Source: an uncultured Ignavibacteria bacterium (GTDB lineage Bacteria > Bacteroidota > Ignavibacteria > Ignavibacteriales > Ignavibacteriaceae). From it: 64,000 bases of DNA. Of this stretch, positions 53,294 to 62,478 are shown in pieces (position 1 is the stretch's first letter; every line of letters begins with the position of its first letter). Location of the stretch: positions 12,815 through 76,814 of the forward strand of contig CAWDAK010000016.1 in assembly GCA_963800255.1 (NCBI GenBank), in the 5' to 3' direction. Below the pieces are notes generated by a model, which saw only the letters and a program-made list of their open reading frames with translations, did not search any database and was not told the DNA's origin. The translations under genes and the position numbers were made by a program.

Positions 53294-56200
53294 TTAATTG
53301 ATTTTATCCGGAAGCTGAAAAGTACTGAAGTAATCCCTGGCAAAAGGATTCCGTGAACTACCGGAGCTTAGCTGGTACGAAACAGTTACATCGTAGCTTC
53401 CGTCTTTCTGAAAGAACCAGTTGAAGTTATATTGTGAAGAACTTCCGCGTGATACAGTTGCTTCCTGAAGCAGCCTGAACATTGCCCATTCACCTTCGTA
53501 TGACTTTGAATCAGAACTTCCCATATTCCTTATCGAAATGTTCATCCTTGCCCCGGGAGTTCCTTTTGCTCCCGGCCAAGTAAAATCTGTCCAGAAGGGA
53601 GCTCCCATTTTGTAATAATCCTCTTCGCCGTCAAGGTAAAGGTAAACCTGTTCTACTATGGGTTTGCCCGATCCTACAGCTTTAGATTCAGGAAGCTCAG
53701 GCTTCAGACGGAAACCAATACTGAGATCACCGTTTTTAAATAAGGTTCCGGTGATATCATCCGCCTTTTTCAACGCTGCTATGAATCTGTCGGAGATACT
53801 TAAACCATCATTTTCCCACTGACTGACTTTCCAGCGGTCCTTGTTTATGAAAGCGCTTAATTCATCGTTGTAAAATGACCATAAAATTCCCGACCCCGGT
53901 TTGAAGAAATCTTTGAAATCCTGTATGGGGGCATCGTTTTGTGAATCCTTAAACGGGAACGAAGACGACAGCGACTTATTAAAGGTATCGGCAACTTTAA
54001 TCTTCCATTGCTGGTTAAGATATTGCCCGGCGTCAGCAAGAATTGCTTCCCAGGAGAGCTTAACTGGGTCAGAGAATAAACTCTGCAGCGCTGGTGCGTT
54101 GAACGCCGATCCGCGTATCACCTGAAGAGAAGTCGGGAATTCCGCCGTCCGCTGGGAGAGGACTTTTACCGCATAATCTTTTGCAAGGTCCTGGCCGCCT
54201 TTTACCTGGTCAAGCACCCCGCCTATAATTCCGTATTGAGCAAGAATTGCATTCATATCGGCACCGCCTGAACCATCTGCATTGCCCAGAACAAATTTTA
54301 TATATTTTTTGGTTTCATTCAGACTACCCTGGTTCACATCCAGTCCGGCAAACTGGTAGTTCTTCTTAGCTGAATCCGACGGGGCCTGGATATCCACAAT
54401 AATGCTTAACTGAGTCGCGAATAATTTGAGAACAGAAATCAGGGGTGAATTTACAGGATCGCTTAATATTTTCATATTGTTGGCTGCAAGCGGGACATTA
54501 TCAAAACCGCTATACCTTATGCTTTGCAGAAACTGGAGCCAGTTTTGTTTATAATCATTAAGATAGAGTGTAACCAGTCCTTTCTTAATTTCCTCGCTGT
54601 CGTAACTGCCGGATACAGGTTTAAGATTAGTTTTCCCTAGCACCCAGTCTTCTTTGCCCGGATTTGTGCTCTCGTCTATAATAGCCTGCTTAATATAATT
54701 CATCCATCCGTCTGCGGTGAATATGTAGGGAACTCTCTGATTTGTGGTCATCACGCTCAGGTACCTTCCACCAATAGCCTGTTCGAGGGATAATTCATTG
54801 GGGAACTGGTTTATTCCATTTTGTTTAAGCCGCGCATATATACTCTCAGCATTTGGTTTATACTGTATACGGTCTCTTACCATGCTTATTAATAAATTAT
54901 CACTCCTTACCGGAAGTACTTCTTTGTCGGGCAGTAAGCTGACATAAAAAGAGAGATAGTTCCTGAAAAGGCTTTTCAACGAGTCTTTTTCGCTCGTTGA
55001 TGCTGCAGGATTAGAGGAAATATATCTTGACTCTAATATCCCGTCAAAAACATGTGTAAGAAACTTCTGCTCGGTTGTATCAAGCCTGGTTCTTTCAGTA
55101 CCAAGCAGCAGGTATGATTTAAGATAATTATAAGTAATCTCACCCGGGTAATCTTTTCCGTTTGCATATTCGTTCAGACTTTTCACAATCTCATTATAGA
55201 TATTCTGCTGAAAGAAGTCGGAAGTTTTTTTAGTAAAAATACCTTCAAGGTAGGGAAGAGTGCTTTTACTCCTGTCCATACCAAAGCTGATGAAAGCATC
55301 ATTACCCCTGCCGTCGCGTATACTTTTTATCAGGCCAATGAGGCTGTCGGTTTTAGAAAAATTGCTTAACAGATTCCCGGCCCAGTTTATTTGAAGGAAT
55401 GAGGATGAAATTTCATTTTCCTTTTGAAGAAAACTCCTGCTTCCATTGTAGCCAACTAATGTGAAAAAAGAAAACAGTAAAAGCAGCACAACAGACACCC
55501 CGATAGTTGCCAGCCTTGCTGAACTTTGCTTTTTCACAGTTCCCTTTGTCTGTCCCGTAGAAAAATCCTGGTCTCCTATTACAACATCATTAAGCAGGTC
55601 TTTTATAAAATAATTCTTTTTCTCAACTGCTTCACCGGTATCAGTATCTGCGGGTTCAGGCAGATTAAACTGTTTTGCAATTTCCCTTATCGCTATATCC
55701 AGCGGTAGTCCCTCCTGCGTTCCGCTGGTAAAATAAAATCCGCGGAATACAGGATTATCCTGGTAAGGATTATGCTGAAAAACTTCTCCGATAAGGTAGG
55801 TTAATTTCTGCTGCAGTGAATTGAACTGGAAAGGGAAGAGAAAAACTTTTCTTCTTTGTTCTCTCTTTTAAAGGACTGCTCAACCTGGTTGTACGGATCT
55901 CAAATAATTTTTTGGATAACAGTTTGAATTCGCCCTCAAAAATTGCCTTTGGATCCCTTGAAAACATCTGCTGAGTGTTAAAAGTAGCACCCCAGATCTG
56001 TGACCTTTCGGTTTCGCTGAAGTCGCCGTAATATTCAACAAAACCCTGTACAAGATCGCACTTGGTAAAAATGAAGTAAACCGGAAAATTTACTCCGAGT
56101 GTTTCAATAAGCTCATCAATTCTCTTCCTCATATTTTTGGCATGTTCCGCAAGCTGATCTTTATCGGCATTTATCACTTCATCGATGTTTATTGCAAGAA

Positions 56201-56831
56201 TAACCCCGTTAACTGGTTTTCTTTTCCTGTTTTTCTTTAATACTTCAAGGAAAGCAATCCATTCGGGCCGGTCTTCAGTTTCAGAAACATATCGTCCGGC
56301 TGTATCAAGAAAAATTGCCTTTGTAGAAAAAAACCAGTCGCAATTCCTTGTGCCTCCTACACCCCTGAATCCCTCCTTACCGAATGGGAATTCAAGTCCT
56401 GAGTTCTGTATGGCAGTGGTCTTGCCGGCTGCAGAGGGGCCTATTATCATATACCAGGGAAGAGCGTACAGGGCGGCTTTACCCGATTTACCGTTCGCTA
56501 TTTTCGAATTTTTAAGAGAAGCGATGGCCGCGTCAAGCTGTTTTTTGAACTGTTCTATTTCAGCCTTTTTCTCGGGACTAAGATTTTTCATCTGATCATC
56601 AGCCTGGCTGCCGATTGATTCCTCAATCTGATTAGCCTTCTGAGCATCCTTCATTTTTTTGTAAAGGATTAGTATGGTAACAACCATAAAGATGAAAACC
56701 GCAATTGCGATCTGAACCAGGAATGACATTCCGAAGATAGGTCCGAGGACTAGTACCAGTACGATAAGCAGAATCCCGGCAATTGCCATTATAGAAGACG
56801 GATTTTTTATAAAATTTACAATAGAATTCAT
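53294..56831 (-). pseudogene. tssM: T6SS membrane-complex subunit TssM (IcmF), split by a +1 frameshift near 55845..55860
   Basis: ORF 55770..56831: 2 TM plus Walker A GPSAAGKTTAI. The frame of ORF 53294..55537 stays open upstream to ~55868 and reads KVFLFPFQFNSLQQKL...NPVFRGFYFTSGTQEGLPLD, the canonical TssM block, then a third TM and the IcmF C-terminal region. 56831-55537 = 1294 = 3n+1. Confidence 0.9.
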
Positions 56832-56860
56832 ATTAAATATTTAAAATTTGAAGAAATGAA

Positions 56861-57556
56861 TTATGCGATAAGGCTCTTAAGAGATTCAATAATTTCATCA
56901 GCGGCTGATGTAGCGGAAGAAGACATTATTACGTAGAAGACGACAAAAATTATTACGGCTGAAACCGGGTAGATCCAAACAGGCAGCCTTCTTCCGGAAC
57001 TTACAACAACACCCTCTGCAGGTTTTGCATTGGGTGAGATTGAGTCGATCGACTGATACATCCCGGGATGAAGCTCCATATTCAAATCATCTATCACCCT
57101 TCTTAATAGTTCAGGTGATTGTAGCTGGTATTTTCCCTTAAAACCGAGTGCAAGACATAAATAATATATTTCAAGCACATCTTTATTTACACTGCTTCTC
57201 TGCCGTAATTCTTCCAGGTATGTAAAGAATTCCTCACCGGCATTAAACGTATCGAACATCCTGATCTGCAGGGGATCTGACAGCCAGACTTCCTTCTGGT
57301 TCCAGGCCGAGCTTATGATGGTTTCATCCAGGAACGCTACCAGGGCAAACGTAGCCTTTTTTACTTTCTCGTTATCAATTCCCGCGCTTCTGGATTCCCG
57401 CTCGAAACGTTGAAACATTTCCGTCACCCTTGCTTTAAGTGACTCAGGATTTCCATAGTTGTTTGTTGATCTCAGCTGCAGAATCAGCATAAAGCATTCT
57501 GAAGCTATATCTGAGATTGGTATTTTCAGATCAGATTTCTTTGAAGGGATATCCAT
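56861..57556 (-). CDS. tssL: T6SS membrane-complex subunit TssL (DotU family), no PG-binding extension
   Basis: FMLILQLRS......ESLKARVTEMFQRFERESRSAGID.EKVKKATFALVAFLDETI and a single C-terminal TM (VWIYPVSAVIIFVVFYVIM). Confidence 0.85.
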   Translation of the reverse strand: MDIPSKKSDLKIPISDIASECFMLILQLRSTNNYGNPESLKARVTEMFQRFERESRSAGIDNEKVKKATFALVAFLDETIISSAWNQKEVWLSDPLQIRMFDTFNAGEEFFTYLEELRQRSSVNKDVLEIYYLCLALGFKGKYQLQSPELLRRVIDDLNMELHPGMYQSIDSISPNAKPAEGVVVSSGRRLPVWIYPVSAVIIFVVFYVIMSSSATSAADEIIESLKSLIA

Positions 57557-57586
57557 TCTAATTCTTATTAATTATTAGTAAAATTA

Positions 57587-58933
57587 TTAATCACCGGGAA
57601 GAAGCAGAACAAGCTCCATCTGGAGCGTTTTGAATTCTGAGGCAATAAAAAATGCAATATTATTCTTTGCGGTTATTTTGTCCCAGAACCTGCCTTCTTT
57701 ATTTATTTTGAAGTAGTGAGCGTTTTCATTCACTGAAACACCTACAGGGGGACGCGCAGTGTATTCAAGGGTTACTCCCTGTATCCCTGCCTGGTGAACT
57801 GCAAAGATTTCTTCGTAGGCTGAGATTTTAATATTCTTTGGCAGTTCGGTGATAATCTTTTTTTCAGGAATGTCACCCGTTACCGAAACAAAAAACTGGG
57901 AAGACATCTGGTTGGGCGATAACTGGCCCACGTACAAAGTATCCGCCTGTTTTCTTAATTGAATAACAACATCTCTCCGCTCCAGTGTCTTTTGTACATT
58001 CAGCATCTGGTTTATATCAGAAATAACCTGGTTAAAAACTTCATTCAGATGCCTGTGATCGTAGGATGGGAATTCGGAGGTTTTAATACCCATATTTGAA
58101 TATGTTGATAATTGTCCCGCAAGATTCAGAAGCAGCACGTACAGGTTCTCAGGATGAGTATTCTGTGACTGATAATAATAATTAAGAAGAGGAATGAAAG
58201 AATTTATAGTCTGCAGCATCATCAGAATTTCAACATGCATTAAAGATATTTCCGGCTTCTGAACGGAAGTCTGTTTACGAAGCTCTTTGCTTTTCGAGAC
58301 AAGCGTACTAAGAAGTTTTCTCACAGATTCCTGGAGTGAGGGCGAATTCGATACCGAAAGGGAAGGAGGGATGTAGTTCGTATCCATCGTATATTTTCCA
58401 TCTGAACTCCTTGCTATCTCCCCGATTTTTATAGATGTAAAATCTTCCAGAGATTCATCCCCGAATTTAAATTGGAAATTCGGTTTTGCTATTCCCACAG
58501 ATCTCATATTTGAGCCGGTATTGTAATCAGTCATTTCTATATTATGAAGATTAAAACGTGAGTTGGGGTAGCCGGCCCCGTCAAGCTGGCAGTTGTTTCC
58601 TGAAATATTTTCTAATGGCAGGGCCAGGAATACATCAAGTTTTTCCGCTGTGGCCTCAAAAAGATCCTCAAAATTCCTGCTTTTAGGAAGGGGATCATTA
58701 TCAGGTATATTAAAACCGAATCCATCCGGCATTATTCCAGAACACTGCACAAACCCGAAAGAACCTCCGGAAAGCGCAGCCAGGTCAGTCTGCAATGATT
58801 TAATTCCCCAGAGACCAGGATTTAACAATGCTAATTTTGAGTTCAGGTTATACTGATTATATCTGTCTGCCTGCTGGAAGTGATGAGGGTCCAGCTTCAT
58901 TCCCTCATACCAGACAACTTTTTGAAATTTCAT
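57587..58933 (-). CDS. tssK: T6SS baseplate subunit TssK
   Basis: N-terminus KVVWYEGMKLDPHHFQQADRY is the canonical TssK signature. 448 aa. Confidence 0.85.
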   Translation of the reverse strand: MKFQKVVWYEGMKLDPHHFQQADRYNQYNLNSKLALLNPGLWGIKSLQTDLAALSGGSFGFVQCSGIMPDGFGFNIPDNDPLPKSRNFEDLFEATAEKLDVFLALPLENISGNNCQLDGAGYPNSRFNLHNIEMTDYNTGSNMRSVGIAKPNFQFKFGDESLEDFTSIKIGEIARSSDGKYTMDTNYIPPSLSVSNSPSLQESVRKLLSTLVSKSKELRKQTSVQKPEISLMHVEILMMLQTINSFIPLLNYYYQSQNTHPENLYVLLLNLAGQLSTYSNMGIKTSEFPSYDHRHLNEVFNQVISDINQMLNVQKTLERRDVVIQLRKQADTLYVGQLSPNQMSSQFFVSVTGDIPEKKIITELPKNIKISAYEEIFAVHQAGIQGVTLEYTARPPVGVSVNENAHYFKINKEGRFWDKITAKNNIAFFIASEFKTLQMELVLLLPGD

Positions 58934-58969
58934 TTATTTCCTATTCTCTCCCTAATGAAAAAATAATAC

Positions 58970-59416
58970 TTATTCTCCTTCCTGTACAGACAGTGAATTC
59001 GAATGAATTTTTATTGAAACATCCCCTATACCTTTTACAGGGATAATTTCAAGCCAGCCGTCGGTTGCGGGCGAGTGAAAATCACCTACTACTCCTATAT
59101 ATGCGGCGTCTTTTTTAATTTCATAATCGTTGATTTTAAACGACTCCTCAGGGGCCATCAGTTTTTCATACTTAGCTCCCGGTATTAAGTCATCACCCAG
59201 CGTTTCATCAGGACTGCGCTGCAATGACTCAAAGCTTGCGTGGCTGAACTTATCAGAATTTCGCAGCTGGTAAATTTTTACCACAACCGCGTTGCTCTCG
59301 TTGCAGTCGGCATCGCAATGAAGCGAAACATTTATTGTTTCCGGTCCTCCTCCGCAGCCGTACATATAAAAAAGCAGAACCGGAATAAAATAAAGTATAG
59401 AACTTTTAATTTTCAT
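58970..59416 (-). CDS. tssJ: T6SS outer-membrane lipoprotein TssJ
   Basis: Lipobox FYMYGCGG. VVVKIYQLRNSDKFSHASFESL is the typical TssJ block. 148 aa. Confidence 0.75.
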   Translation of the reverse strand: MKIKSSILYFIPVLLFYMYGCGGGPETINVSLHCDADCNESNAVVVKIYQLRNSDKFSHASFESLQRSPDETLGDDLIPGAKYEKLMAPEESFKINDYEIKKDAAYIGVVGDFHSPATDGWLEIIPVKGIGDVSIKIHSNSLSVQEGE

Positions 59417-59430
59417 AATAACTCCCCGGA

Positions 59431-60633
59431 TTAATATTCGTTTTGAGATTTGCCTGAAAGGATCCTTTTCTGGTATCCTTTCATAAATGATGGTCTGAAA
59501 AATTTCTTTTCAATATGATAAGGGTCCGATGCATATTTCTGATAATTCTTTTTTAATGCATCCAGAATCTTTGATTTTTTTGCAAACGGAATTATCTTTC
59601 CGATATCGGGGCCTGACTGTTTGCTTTTGCTATCCAGCTCCTTTTCAATGATTTCAGGATCCAGCGTTTCCAGCAGTGATTTTGTGCCGTCGGTAATAGA
59701 TAACTGATACCCGTCAAGAAGTCCGATCTGATGCGACAGCAATTTGGAAGTCTCTTCTTTCAGCAGCCCAAGGCGTTTCTTTTCATCTTCAGCAGAAATA
59801 TCCGGACTAAAAAGGAATTCCTTGAATTCTTTCAATGAGCCTGTCGGTATCGTGTGGTAGATCGTCACCCCGAAAAATTCCTGTCTGAACTGAAGGAAAC
59901 CCTGGATAAGTTTTGAGAAAGTATCAAGCATGACGTCAATGGTTTCTGTAAAATGGGAACTAAGTGAATAATCCTGAATAGATGAAGGTGCTTCATAGGC
60001 AGCTTTTTCCTGTTTAACGGGCTTTGGAGCTGAACTTTCAAAAACATTCTGCATGCCTGAAGGTTGAGCGGCAGGTACTTTCTTTCCCAGGAAATGCTCT
60101 GCAAAATATCCTGCCAGGTATTCGTTCGGCTCGTTTTTCTCCAGGAAATTAAAACTCTGCATCACCGAGAACTTAAGCATTTCCATTTTCATGGGGGAAT
60201 CATCCCCGGCAAACTTATCAGATATTTTATTGAGGTTTTCTACAATATTATTAACCTCTTCCGCAAAAGGACTTGAAAAAACCATTGTTTTCTGGTCATC
60301 TTCGTTGGAAATTACCTGTTCTTTAACCAGTTCTGCTTCAAGTTCATATTCACCTACCCTTATTATATCACCTGACTTTAAGGCATTTTCTTCATTCGGA
60401 AGGAGCGCCGCTTCATTCAAATAGGTGAAATTCGCAGATTCAAGGTCAACCAGCTGCAGGATCCCTTCAGTATCCACAATTTGTGCGTGCCTGCGTGAGA
60501 CCACTTTAAATGGATCCGGCAGAATTACGTCATTTTTTTCGTCACGGCCTACGCTTACAGGAAACCGGTTAAAATCCAGCACTGACGAGAAAGACGGATC
60601 AGACTTCTTACTGATTTTTAATTTTATTTTCAT
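59431..60633 (-). CDS. tagH: T6SS FHA-domain protein (Fha/TagH-like)
   Basis: N-terminal FHA: FPVSVGRDEKNDVILPDPFKVVSRRHAQIV...LQLVDLESANFTYLNEAAL. First gene of the minus-strand block. Confidence 0.75.
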   Translation of the reverse strand: MKIKLKISKKSDPSFSSVLDFNRFPVSVGRDEKNDVILPDPFKVVSRRHAQIVDTEGILQLVDLESANFTYLNEAALLPNEENALKSGDIIRVGEYELEAELVKEQVISNEDDQKTMVFSSPFAEEVNNIVENLNKISDKFAGDDSPMKMEMLKFSVMQSFNFLEKNEPNEYLAGYFAEHFLGKKVPAAQPSGMQNVFESSAPKPVKQEKAAYEAPSSIQDYSLSSHFTETIDVMLDTFSKLIQGFLQFRQEFFGVTIYHTIPTGSLKEFKEFLFSPDISAEDEKKRLGLLKEETSKLLSHQIGLLDGYQLSITDGTKSLLETLDPEIIEKELDSKSKQSGPDIGKIIPFAKKSKILDALKKNYQKYASDPYHIEKKFFRPSFMKGYQKRILSGKSQNEY

Positions 60634-61070
60634 AATGAACTTTATTGGTTTTTAAGAGATATGTCCGGGCATAGCTTCGCCGGGTGACTCACAAAGACGG
60701 AATGGACTATAACTATCGAACTTTTTCAAGTAGAAAGTGAGCAGATAGCAGTTTTATCGATAATGAAAAAGTTTCAAACAACTGTTTTGTTATTTAATAT
60801 TTTGTTAATCCTGATAAATTCAATTTTTGGTTAAATAAGGGAAGATGTTCACCTGGTCTGGCTTCCACCCGCAGTTCTGCTCTGAAAGCAGGTAATGATC
60901 TATTACTTTCGGTAAGCTTTTTTAATTTTATATAAGATTTTGTAAAAATAAAACCCACTCGCCGTCTCATTTGAAAGTGAAAGGAGCTGTGTAATTCGGA
61001 GTAATTAGAATGATTATATTGCTAATGAAAATAAAGTAATATCTAATTATTGTCAATAGAATGCAACTTT

Positions 61071-61188
61071 GTCATTCCGAATTTATTTCGGAATCTAATC
61101 GAAATGTCATTCCGAATTTATCTGAAATGTCATTCCGAATTTATTTCGGAATCTAACTGAAATGTCATTCCGAATTTATTTCGGAATC
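61071..61188. repeat. Tandem array (35-nt period) of the 25-nt hairpin unit GTCATTCCGAATTTATTTCGGAATC
   Basis: Full copies at 61071..61095, 61129..61153 and 61164..61188, and a truncated copy at 61106..~61122. The linkers TAATCGAAAT/TAACTGAAAT are near-identical. Each unit folds as ATTCCGAA-TTTAT-TTCGGAAT. Confidence 0.9.
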
Positions 61189-61323
61189 TCTTTTCCCTTT
61201 TGCAATAGCCGATGAAATTTGTCCGCAATGATGAGAGATGTGAAAAAGCGTATGTGCGAAAAGCCGGATTTTTGTGATAGTTCCGAAAAAGGGAGTCTCA
61301 ATCTGTTCCAGAGGGACTGCCTG

Positions 61324-61647
61324 TTATCTTACTAATCTTTCTTGCAGTAATTTCTGAATATCTCTTCGTCCATCTATGATACAATGAATGAAGACTTCAC
61401 GTTTTATTATTCTGTATATTATTCTATAAGGCTTATAATCAATTTCTAAAAAATCAGTAACATCTAATAAATATAATTCTGGTGGAGTGTGTCCCCTTTC
61501 CGGGAATTCCTGAAGCAAGGAACATTTTTCTCTCAGTTTTGAATATAACTTTTCTGCATTGTCTTCTGAATCATTTAGGTAAACAAATTTATAAATTTCG
61601 AATAAGTCCTCTTCAGCATCTGAAACAAAACTAACCTTGTATTTCAT
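61324..61647 (-). CDS. Type II toxin, RelE/ParE family
   Basis: 107 aa. Overlaps the upstream Phd-like gene by 17 nt. MKYKVSF...A..DL.EIY.F........A.......... is a ParE/RelE-like layout. Confidence 0.7.
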   Translation of the reverse strand: MKYKVSFVSDAEEDLFEIYKFVYLNDSEDNAEKLYSKLREKCSLLQEFPERGHTPPELYLLDVTDFLEIDYKPYRIIYRIIKREVFIHCIIDGRRDIQKLLQERLVR

Positions 61648-61933
61648 TTTGTCCCCGTTTGAATTTATCTATCCTTTTTCTAACATCATTGAAGGTTTTA
61701 TCCAGAGTTTTATATTTCCCTACCTGGAGGTTCTTTCCACTCAACGCAAGCAATTTTAATAATGCGATCGCTTCTTGTGTCTGCTCATAAACCTTTACAT
61801 CCTGAAGTACAACTTTTGCTTCTCCGTTGTGAGTTATTACCATTGTCTTATGATTTTCTGAAACATCCCGGACAACTTCAGAAGCGTGAGTTTTTAAATA
61901 ACTTATTGGTTTTATAGCTTCGCTGAATTTCAT
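61631..61933 (-). CDS. Type II antitoxin, Phd/YefM family
   Basis: ISYLKTHASEVVRDVSENHKTMVITHNGEAKVVLQDVKVYEQ is the typical Phd/YefM N-terminal fold sequence. Confidence 0.7.
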   Translation of the reverse strand: MKFSEAIKPISYLKTHASEVVRDVSENHKTMVITHNGEAKVVLQDVKVYEQTQEAIALLKLLALSGKNLQVGKYKTLDKTFNDVRKRIDKFKRGQNEIQG

Positions 61934-62109
61934 TTTTCTTCCTAATTATTATTCGACCATAATATAGTCTTTTACTTGGTCTTATTCAATAATTCACTTT
62001 TCCTAAAATTCGGTCAAAATATCTTCTTCCCCGGGGAAGATAATAGATCTTACAACATCAGCTGCTGGCTCTAAAATACGAATGAAAGCGGTCAATAATC
62101 CAAAGTACC

Positions 62110-62478
62110 TTGGCACTTTTGGATTTATTTCTGTCCAGATGCACCATCACAACAGTATTATTACTCACCTTAGTTAGTTCCTGCAAAAAAAATCCAGTTG
62201 CACCCGAAAATACCGTACAGCCGGGCAGAAGAGATTATTTTTGGACTGTAGACACAATTTGTGTAAACACGGTTATGAGAGATATGTATGCAATTTCCCC
62301 AACGGATATTTGGATATGCGGTGATGCAGATAACCGTAAAGAATCAGTGATACATTATGATGGGACAAATTTTGAGCCTTCCGGAGTATATATACTCGAA
62401 CCCACATGTATCTGGGGAACAAGCCCGCATGATAGCTGCGGATGCGGCCGGGATGCACCGAAAGGGAATTTATTGTAG
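62110..62478 (+). CDS. Possible lipoprotein fragment (TTG start); doubtful
   Basis: Hydrophobic N-terminus with LVSSCKK. Only 122 aa. The 3' end runs into the convergent PP2C gene. May be a remnant. Confidence 0.2.
   Translation: MALLDLFLSRCTITTVLLLTLVSSCKKNPVAPENTVQPGRRDYFWTVDTICVNTVMRDMYAISPTDIWICGDADNRKESVIHYDGTNFEPSGVYILEPTCIWGTSPHDSCGCGRDAPKGNLL

Noticed and set aside
55835-55870. Programmed ribosomal frameshifting in tssM (and ppkA)
   Set aside because: I could not identify a recognisable slippery heptamer with a downstream structure. Three other genes of unrelated function show the same single-base +1 break. An indel, real or artefactual, is the simpler explanation.
38694-60633. Alternative readings of the contractile cluster: prophage tail, eCIS/PVC-like particle, or Bacteroidota T6SS-iii
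   Set aside because: TssJ, TssL (DotU), TssM (IcmF), TssA, ClpV and TagF are all present, and there are no tape-measure, capsid, terminase or TssN-R-like genes. This fits T6SS-i rather than a phage, eCIS or T6SS-iii.
60634-61070. Promoter for the T6SS operon upstream of tagH
   Set aside because: The region is AT-rich and must contain the promoter. I could not find a convincing TTG/TAnnTTTG (Bacteroidota-type), -35/-10 or -24/-12 match at a defensible position, so no promoter feature is called.
61071-61188. Mini-CRISPR hypothesis for the 35-nt-period hairpin array
   Set aside because: The 10-nt linkers are far too short for spacers and are nearly identical to each other. The same 25-mer also occurs singly as a terminator-like hairpin at 15791..15815.
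62075-62125. Possible sigma-54 promoter at CTTGGCACTTTTGGATTT
   Set aside because: TGGCAC is present, but the -12 element TTGC at the correct 5-nt spacing is absent (GATTT instead). The downstream ORF is itself doubtful.
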